A DNA stretch of 64,000 nt, taken from a virus. The notes below the pieces were generated by a model. That model had not been told where the DNA came from. It was given only the letters and a program-made list of their open reading frames with translations, and did not search any database. This document shows positions 57,504-64,000 of the stretch, piece by piece. How positions within the stretch are numbered: position 1 is the stretch's first letter; each line of letters opens with the position of its first letter. The translations under genes and the position numbers were made by a program. The stretch is taken from positions 91,387 through 155,386 of the IMG/VR virus record IMGVR_UViG_3300017989_000003; one strand, 5' to 3'.

Positions 57504-57829
57504 TTGGGGTAAAAAACGTTATAAGTTATTGAGAACAAATAACTTATAAAGACGAAAAGTGCTCCTAAGAGAATCAATGAAGAGAATCATCAAAAATGGA
57601 CAATTGGTCAGCTAGCGGACTGGCTATTTTGTTCTCGTAAACTCGAACAAAATAGCTAGCGATTTTTGAACTAAATTTTGAAAATGAATTAGAATTTAAT
57701 TTTATTAAAGTTTGTAAAAGTATAAAGATTTAATTTTATTAAATCTTTATTAGTTCCTCGACTATCGTCTTCGTCACATTGTCTTTTGCATAGTACCAGT
57801 ACGAATGCTATATTATACTGTAATAATTT

Positions 57830-57890
57830 ACAGTTGTCGTCAAGGGGTAATTCGTTACCGGTTGCAAAATACCCCTTGACAAAATTGACA
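57830..57890. repeat. dispersed palindromic repeat, full copy
   Basis: Matches the 28180 copy. Confidence 0.9.
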
Positions 57891-58030
57891 ATAATAAATT
57901 TACTATAATACCATAAAAATAATTTTTTGAATTAAATCTATTGACTTGTTACAAGATTTGTGCGACTATGAATTGAAAGTAGGGTGGTCGTATCGTGGAT
58001 TTATTTTACTAGAACAAAAGGAATGCTGAG

Positions 58031-59467
58031 ATGACTGCACTACTATTGAAAGAGCTTCAAAGTGATTTTGTCGATTTTAGCGAGTCCATATCCAAGACTA
58101 TATCTGAGTCTATCGCTGAATCTGCAAAAAATTTAGAAGAAGCTAGAAAAAAAAGAAAAGCGTTTGTAGTATCCTGGACTAAAATTGCTAAGCAGCGTCG
58201 AAAAGGTGGTTTAACCACTAGACTGTTGCGTGCCCAAATTATGAAGCAGCGAAGGCGTTATAGAGGAAGAACTGGTAGGCGTGGTTTCTTTTTACGTATG
58301 CGTCCAAAGCTAATTCGTAATTTGCGTAAGGCTATGCGTGCGTCAGCACGTATAAAAGCTGTACGTCACAGGCGGTGGACTATGCGCAGAGCTGGCTCTA
58401 TTATAAAACGCTTTCAGAAGATGGGCGGTATCGAAAAGTTCACGGGTAGAGCTAGAATTCGCCGTAAGAAAGTAGTTGCTGCCACACCTAAAACGCCTAA
58501 AACTCCAACTGCCCCAATTAGGAAAATAAGTATTGCATCTTATCGTCCTAAGAAGAAAAAGAAACGACTCGCTGCTAGTCACTTTTACGGCATATCGCCA
58601 ATCGTGTCAGAGGCATTTATTTCTGATTCTTCAAGGGGTGATGTCAGCAAAGAGGATATGCTAACGTTTGTTACGATTGAATCTGAGACTGTTGAGAATC
58701 CACTGTTTCCAATAGCATTTACTGTAGCTAGCATGATTGAAGAGTCGGACTGTCAGGATAAATTCTTTGATGCTGATATTATCGACGATTCTATCTATCT
58801 GTATTTTGACGAGATGTCAGAATCTGAGTTAGAAACTACAGAAGAAGTTCTGAAGAACATCGGTGACTATGACTTACTAGTTAAGCATGGCGACAAGATG
58901 GATGACGTTACAGTTTCTGATTTTAATGTGTTCTCAATTGTTCCGTCTGAGGATGTTACTGGTTCTGTTATCGAAGATATAGTTGGCTCGGAGGAAGAGT
59001 ATGTTGAAGAAGCTGAGAGAGACGCTAACACAGATGACTACTCTATGTTACTTGTTCTCGAAAAAGCTTTGGATGAATGCTTGTACGACGAAGATATTGA
59101 TGATAAAATAGAACAGAACGGATTAAAGACGATTGAGGAAAGTGTACCAGATGACTTCGTTGACGAGGGTATTTTAGACTTGGACGTAAGTGAGGTTACT
59201 GGTCTTGAGGATGTCGAGCTTGTTGTTGACGAAAAGTACTGGAGTGCTGCTGTTACCGACAAAGCTAAATGGCATCCACCTGCGGGGTTGTTTGCGAAAG
59301 GTTCTTCTGATAAAATAGCTTCGGTGTTGAAGAAGGCTAGCAAGAACCTAAAACAGGCTATGTCGCGGCTCAACTTTATGGTTAATAGAGCAGACCCCAA
59401 AGAATCTAGGGATTCTGTTTGGAATGACGCTAAAAGTAAGTTGAGGAAACTTTTTAAGAAAGATTAA
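58031..59467 (+). CDS. putative internal head protein: Arg-rich, acidic and C-terminal DUF3175-like regions
   Basis: Composition; WS..V......P.GLF....IA..L....AMSRLNF.VNRA. Confidence 0.65.
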   Translation: MTALLLKELQSDFVDFSESISKTISESIAESAKNLEEARKKRKAFVVSWTKIAKQRRKGGLTTRLLRAQIMKQRRRYRGRTGRRGFFLRMRPKLIRNLRKAMRASARIKAVRHRRWTMRRAGSIIKRFQKMGGIEKFTGRARIRRKKVVAATPKTPKTPTAPIRKISIASYRPKKKKKRLAASHFYGISPIVSEAFISDSSRGDVSKEDMLTFVTIESETVENPLFPIAFTVASMIEESDCQDKFFDADIIDDSIYLYFDEMSESELETTEEVLKNIGDYDLLVKHGDKMDDVTVSDFNVFSIVPSEDVTGSVIEDIVGSEEEYVEEAERDANTDDYSMLLVLEKALDECLYDEDIDDKIEQNGLKTIEESVPDDFVDEGILDLDVSEVTGLEDVELVVDEKYWSAAVTDKAKWHPPAGLFAKGSSDKIASVLKKASKNLKQAMSRLNFMVNRADPKESRDSVWNDAKSKLRKLFKKD

Positions 59468-59624
59468 ATTTCCAAATATCTGAAGAAGATGAATGTTTAA
59501 GCTAGATTGTAGCTCTGGCGAATAAGTTGATTGATTGTTGGTTTTGTGGCTTGGTAGCCGAGGAGTATACGCCTAATTGTGAGGCTTACTCTGACGAAAA
59601 ATATGAGCATGTAGAGGTTACAAT

Positions 59625-60002
59625 ATGTCAACGAACTTCACAAAAAAAGACACATACGCGTTTAACGGTGCTGGTTCAGCCTATCCTGTAGTGCCCTCAC
59701 TTTCGTTTAAGATGAACGATACTGGTTTACTCAGCGGTAAGGTAATAAACTACGGACGTGAGAATTATTACCCTACACCTGTTACTGGTAATGACTTGTT
59801 CTTCAAGATTCAGGACAGTGCAGATGGCGTAGCATGGGCTGATGTGACTTTGAACGGCACTGTAAACTTCCAGGTTAAGCCAAAGGGAGAGGTTAACTTC
59901 TTTGGTAATGTTAGACAATACTGGCGTGTTCTTGCCTACGGTAATGCCGAAGGTGAGATGGAAGTTGGTATTGACGAAACTCTGGACTTGGTTAAAATTT
60001 AG
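59625..60002 (+). CDS. hypothetical beta-rich structural protein
   Basis: ORF with GAGGT RBS; IQDS.DG..W.D motif. Confidence 0.7.
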   Translation: MSTNFTKKDTYAFNGAGSAYPVVPSLSFKMNDTGLLSGKVINYGRENYYPTPVTGNDLFFKIQDSADGVAWADVTLNGTVNFQVKPKGEVNFFGNVRQYWRVLAYGNAEGEMEVGIDETLDLVKI

Positions 60003-60017
60003 TAGGAGGAAACGTAA

Positions 60018-60314
60018 ATGTCTAACGGACAGACTGACGCTAGACTACAACAATTACGCAATAAACAGTACCCAGCTTATGTTAATAAAATGGCTGAAAT
60101 TATGAAAGTTCCGCCATATAGATTAATGCCTTTATGGGAAACTGTTTCAAGGGAGGTAGATGCAGCTCAGGAAGAGCAGTCCGTTTCTCATTTAACAGTC
60201 TATATTAAGACTTGTAAGGCGTTTAGGGAATTACTTATTACAAACAATCTTGTTAGCGCAAGAGCTGTGGAGAAGTATATAGATGCGCACCTTAAGACTA
60301 CCAGCGAATCTTAA
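60018..60314 (+). CDS. hypothetical protein
   Basis: AGGAGG RBS. Confidence 0.75.
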   Translation: MSNGQTDARLQQLRNKQYPAYVNKMAEIMKVPPYRLMPLWETVSREVDAAQEEQSVSHLTVYIKTCKAFRELLITNNLVSARAVEKYIDAHLKTTSES

Positions 60315-60576
60315 AAAATTCTTGTATGTAATACTTGAAGGTGATTTTGAGGATGTGCGTATCATTATCCCTAAAATGCTGAAAGAAGTCGATACATATG
60401 TTGAAGACAGTGTGGTCATGTTTGACTATCTACTAGCGCAGTTTGACGATGACGAAGAATTCGTAAATCACTTACTGGCTGGGGTAGCAAACTTTAGAAG
60501 AGTACAACTCTTCCCAACAAAAAAGTGGTTCATACATATACCAGAAAATAACTATGGCAAAAACAACATTATGTGA
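60283..60576 (+). CDS. hypothetical protein
   Basis: ORF. Confidence 0.65.
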   Translation: MRTLRLPANLKKFLYVILEGDFEDVRIIIPKMLKEVDTYVEDSVVMFDYLLAQFDDDEEFVNHLLAGVANFRRVQLFPTKKWFIHIPENNYGKNNIM

Positions 60577-61960
60577 TACGTTTCCAACTACGTTCGAGCC
60601 TATACTTACAGAAGGTGAAAACTCACCAAAAAAATGGCGCGGTAAATTTGCGAAGGCTGGAGAGCCTACAAAGAATGGACGTGTCTATAGTCGTAAGCTA
60701 TGGGAGAACATAGTTAAAAGCGAAAATGTGCAGAGTAGGCTCTCTGGTGGTATGGTTGGTGTTATAAACCATCCATCTGATGGTGAAACTGATTTATTTA
60801 GGTCTGCTATTTCAACCTTTAAGTTGGATATAGACGCAGATGACTATGTGGTCGGTGAAGCTGTCATACTACCGACTCCAGGTGGCGCTTTGCTCGAAGG
60901 ATTATTGCGTTCTGGTACTAAAGTTGGAGTATCATCAAGAGGCAGGGGAACTGTTGACGATAACGGTAATGTCAACGAAGACTACGTATTAGTTGCATTT
61001 GATGTCGTCGATAACCCAGCTGTTCCTGACGCTATCCCAGCGGTTTCTGAATCAACTAAAGTAAATAACGATAATACTCATAGGAGGAAACCAATGTCCG
61101 GAGCTTACGAGACACTTCTCCGAATTGAGAGTAGCATCGATGCGACCCTTTTTCTGATTGAGAGTGGGGAGTTTACACAGGAAACTGTTAACCCGCTATC
61201 CCAATTACTTGAGGGGACATTGAAGGAGCTTGGTGGTTTGCTTTCTGAAGACGATAAGAATTCGCTGGTATCGCCTCTTGTCGTCAATCTTTATAACCGA
61301 ATTACCGAAGCTCGTTCTATTCTCAAAAGAGGACCCAAACCAAAAGCGACTAAAGACAAAACCACTGGAGATGCTACTGTAGCTGAAGGTGACGTGCCGC
61401 ATGTTGATTTAGCATCTCTTAAGAAACCTGACGGTGCTAAAACGACAAGCGAGGATGACTCAACTGCTGCTAACAGTGATACTACTGGTGGTGACACGAA
61501 GCTTTCAGAGATGGAGCATGACAGCCTTGTCGCTTATTGCGAAGAGCTTGAAGAAGCTAATAAGTCTCTTGAAAAGAAGTACCAGGATTCCGTGTGGGCT
61601 CTCGAGGAGTTCAAGAATCGAAGCGCTAAGTCAGATGTTGACGAAGCGGTCGAAAAAGCTGTTAAAGATAATCCTTTCCTTGACGAATACAAAGATTTGC
61701 TTGGCGAATCTAGTTCCATTGAGGAAGTCAATAAGCTCGTTGAGCGGTTTATTAAATTGGCTAGCACTAACAAACCTGATGAAAATACTCAGAAACCTAA
61801 GCCAAACAGTGAACCGCTTCCAGGCTCTAAAACCTCAGTAACTGAGGATACAAATGTTGTCGAGAATGTGGATTCAGAAGGAACTGATGGTGATTCAGTG
61901 CTTGATTACGCCGACTTTTTTGTGGCTCTTGATGAAAGCACCAAACCAAAAGATAATTAA
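60554..61960 (+). CDS. T4 gp21-like prohead protease fused to scaffold-like C-terminal region
   Basis: NGRVY, G...HP, TP.G, GVSSRGRG, FDVVDNP motifs. Confidence 0.92.
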   Translation: MAKTTLCDTFPTTFEPILTEGENSPKKWRGKFAKAGEPTKNGRVYSRKLWENIVKSENVQSRLSGGMVGVINHPSDGETDLFRSAISTFKLDIDADDYVVGEAVILPTPGGALLEGLLRSGTKVGVSSRGRGTVDDNGNVNEDYVLVAFDVVDNPAVPDAIPAVSESTKVNNDNTHRRKPMSGAYETLLRIESSIDATLFLIESGEFTQETVNPLSQLLEGTLKELGGLLSEDDKNSLVSPLVVNLYNRITEARSILKRGPKPKATKDKTTGDATVAEGDVPHVDLASLKKPDGAKTTSEDDSTAANSDTTGGDTKLSEMEHDSLVAYCEELEEANKSLEKKYQDSVWALEEFKNRSAKSDVDEAVEKAVKDNPFLDEYKDLLGESSSIEEVNKLVERFIKLASTNKPDENTQKPKPNSEPLPGSKTSVTEDTNVVENVDSEGTDGDSVLDYADFFVALDESTKPKDN

Positions 61961-62022
61961 TCGCAGTTTATCTTCTGATTTACTTAATTAAAATGATTCT
62001 TACGATTAATTTCGGAGGAAGT

Positions 62023-63453
62023 ATGAAGCCTAAAGACATTGTAGAAGAAGGGCTAGAGCTAATTGAACTTCCAGTAAGTGAGGGTGGTTGGCGAGAATAC
62101 TTTGTAAGCGAAAACAAAGATGTCCAGAAGAAAATCCACATTCCTAACGAGCGCGTAAGAGCTTTGACAGCAATTATGTTGGAAAACCAACGTAATTTTA
62201 TTGAGGCTCTTGACGAGTCTACCAGACTTGCTAGAGTAGGTGGATTTATTGACTACATTTACCCGATGATTCGCGCGATATTCCCCAATCTTATAGCTCA
62301 CAGGTTGTGCTCTGTTCAGCCGTTACGTCAGGAAAATGGGCAGGTATTGTACCTGAATTTCGTGTACGGCTCGACGAAAGGCTCTGATTTTGTCAAGGGT
62401 CAACGTATGTTTGACACCATGACTGGTTATCCAAACTCTGCTGGTACGTATTCAAGTGAGCTTATTAACAATGAGCTCGTCGGTTCTGGTAATGGTATTC
62501 TTCTTGCATTCACCAACACGCTGATTTTCTATCCGCTCCGTCGTTCCAAAATTAGGGTTACACACACAGTTGGTGCTGTTGTTGTAACTGACGGTCGTGA
62601 TAATGGTAACGGTGTTATTTCTGGAACTAATATTGCTGCTGGTTCAACCATCAATTATGAAACAGGGGCTATTGTTCTTAATTTCACTGTTGCTCCAGAT
62701 AACTTGACTAACATATTGGTATCGTACGAATATGAGTCAGAAGTATCACCTACTTCTCCTCTTATCGATGTCAGTATTACGTCATCATCTATCCATGCAC
62801 AACGTCATGCGATTCGATTCCGTTACTCTATGGACGCTGGTTACGAGTATCGTGCTCAGTTTGGCGGCGATATTTCTGGTATCTTGCGTTCTGGAATGGC
62901 GGCTATAGTTGCTGCGGAAATTGACAGACGCTTAATCGAGAAAATGTGGACGGCGGCTGGTGCTGCTGTAGCTACATTCTCTAAAACTGTTCCTGGTGCT
63001 ATTAGTAGGGTTGAACATTACGGAGACGTAAAAGTTCCTATTAACGAAGCGGCAGAACAGATTTACGAGGATACACATCGCGGTGAGGTATCGTGGGCAA
63101 TTGTCGACTCTCAAGCAGCTGCTATTATTGAGTCTATCAAAGGTTTCGAAAAAATGGCTATGCCTAGGGGAGCCGTCGGTGCTTATCAAATGGGTACACT
63201 TAACGGCGTGCCGATTTACAAGGAACGTTACTTAGCTGCTCTGCCAGGTGCTTCTGCAAATGGTAATATCCTTGTTGGGTATAAAGGCGGAGATTTTATC
63301 GAAGCTGGCTTGATTTATGCTCCTTACCGTATGTTCTACTTTACACCAGAATATACGTTTGAGGATTTCTTGACTAGACGTGCTATGGCGTCGAAGTTTG
63401 GAATGAAGTTAGTAAACGGAAGAATGTTTAAGCGAATTAACATTACTCCGTAG
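62023..63453 (+). CDS. T4 gp23-like major capsid protein
   Basis: LENQ, FP.LIA...SVQP, EIDR, GYKG.....AG.IYAPY motifs; start behind GGAGG. Confidence 0.93.
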   Translation: MKPKDIVEEGLELIELPVSEGGWREYFVSENKDVQKKIHIPNERVRALTAIMLENQRNFIEALDESTRLARVGGFIDYIYPMIRAIFPNLIAHRLCSVQPLRQENGQVLYLNFVYGSTKGSDFVKGQRMFDTMTGYPNSAGTYSSELINNELVGSGNGILLAFTNTLIFYPLRRSKIRVTHTVGAVVVTDGRDNGNGVISGTNIAAGSTINYETGAIVLNFTVAPDNLTNILVSYEYESEVSPTSPLIDVSITSSSIHAQRHAIRFRYSMDAGYEYRAQFGGDISGILRSGMAAIVAAEIDRRLIEKMWTAAGAAVATFSKTVPGAISRVEHYGDVKVPINEAAEQIYEDTHRGEVSWAIVDSQAAAIIESIKGFEKMAMPRGAVGAYQMGTLNGVPIYKERYLAALPGASANGNILVGYKGGDFIEAGLIYAPYRMFYFTPEYTFEDFLTRRAMASKFGMKLVNGRMFKRINITP

Positions 63454-63467
63454 TAAAATTATGGTAT

Positions 63468-63501
63468 AAAGGGGTTGGGATTATGGTTTTCAACCCCTTT
63501 T
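63468..63501 (+). terminator. intrinsic terminator
   Basis: AAAGGGGTTG/CAACCCCTTT stem. Confidence 0.8.
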
Positions 63502-63539
63502 ACCTAAATATTTAACTTGTTGAAACAGGAGGTCTTAGT

Positions 63540-64000
63540 ATGCTTCTTTACAACCCTACACCACATGCGGTTAATTTTCATGAGGGTCTTAAATCTCTGC
63601 GTGTCGAACCAATCGCAAAGATGTTTGACACTGCCACAGGCGCTATTAACGTCGGTATATTTATCGTGGATGTGCCTGACAATAACGCGAGGTTTAAGGA
63701 ATACGTCAAAATGCAGATGCTTGATAAGTTTCTTGTTAGTTCCTATAAGGGCAACAAGCCTTTACCTGTGTATTCAGTCGAAAGAGACGTGTTTTACGAA
63801 GTAGGAGCAGATAGCGGTAATGCACCTGTTCCGAAAAAAGTTAAAACGCGAAAGAAAGATGTTGCTGTAAAAGAGGAAGAAGAAGAAGTCGAGTTGGATG
63901 GAACTGATGAAGAAGTTGACGCTGATGGTGTGGACGATGAGGACGAGGATGAAGGCGCTGACGATGTTGATGATGAAGACGAAGGTGAAGAAGACGAAGA
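63540..64000 (+). CDS. partial protein with very acidic C-terminal region (runs off window)
   Basis: GGAGG RBS, ATG 63540, open to the end. Confidence 0.8.
   Translation, partial: MLLYNPTPHAVNFHEGLKSLRVEPIAKMFDTATGAINVGIFIVDVPDNNARFKEYVKMQMLDKFLVSSYKGNKPLPVYSVERDVFYEVGADSGNAPVPKKVKTRKKDVAVKEEEEEVELDGTDEEVDADGVDDEDEDEGADDVDDEDEGEEDE

Noticed and set aside
59500-59620. Hammerhead-like CTGACGA with nearby hairpins
   Set aside because: No correctly placed GAAA/UH core or stem II; left as a possible leader structure only.
63517-63804. 95-aa ORF from the track
   Set aside because: Wrong frame; the GGAGG RBS serves ATG 63540, which is open to the window end.
1-64000. Genome-wide TGA reassignment (code 4 or 25)
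   Set aside because: Long genes have no internal TGA, Trp is encoded by TGG, and several genes end in TGA with ATGA coupling.

Overview
64-kb segment of a large, AT-rich dsDNA tailed phage with T4-like head genes: a gp21-type prohead protease fused to a scaffold-like region, and a gp23-type major capsid protein at the right end. Layout: (i) 1-8.4 kb, + strand small accessory genes, a sigma factor and a ParB-like gene; (ii) a ~1 kb non-coding convergence zone; (iii) 9.4-23.4 kb, - strand array of small genes with an IS605/TnpB element, radical SAM, YopX, DNA methylase and a 121-nt tRNA-like RNA; (iv) 23.6-44.2 kb, mostly + strand modular fibre/LamG structural genes with a second TnpB element; (v) 44.3-57.3 kb, metabolic/replication genes (SpeD, acyl carrier protein, Csp, two-intein class II RNR, patatin, RusA, HTH protein next to an origin-like region); (vi) 58-64 kb, head module. 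Most notable: four small genes that the ORF track misses or truncates each contain one in-frame TGA. One aligns to Cys in an in-window paralog, two others lie in Cys-rich contexts, and three have a hairpin starting 9-11 nt downstream. TGA is still a normal stop elsewhere, so this is candidate phage selenoprotein/UGA recoding; nonsense decay is the alternative. Also found: an oversized pseudoknotted tRNA-like RNA, a loop-E/pseudoknot RNA upstream of the ACP gene, a five-copy dispersed hairpin, and a Csx20-like candidate ring nuclease. All family assignments come from motif recognition by eye; no searches were run.
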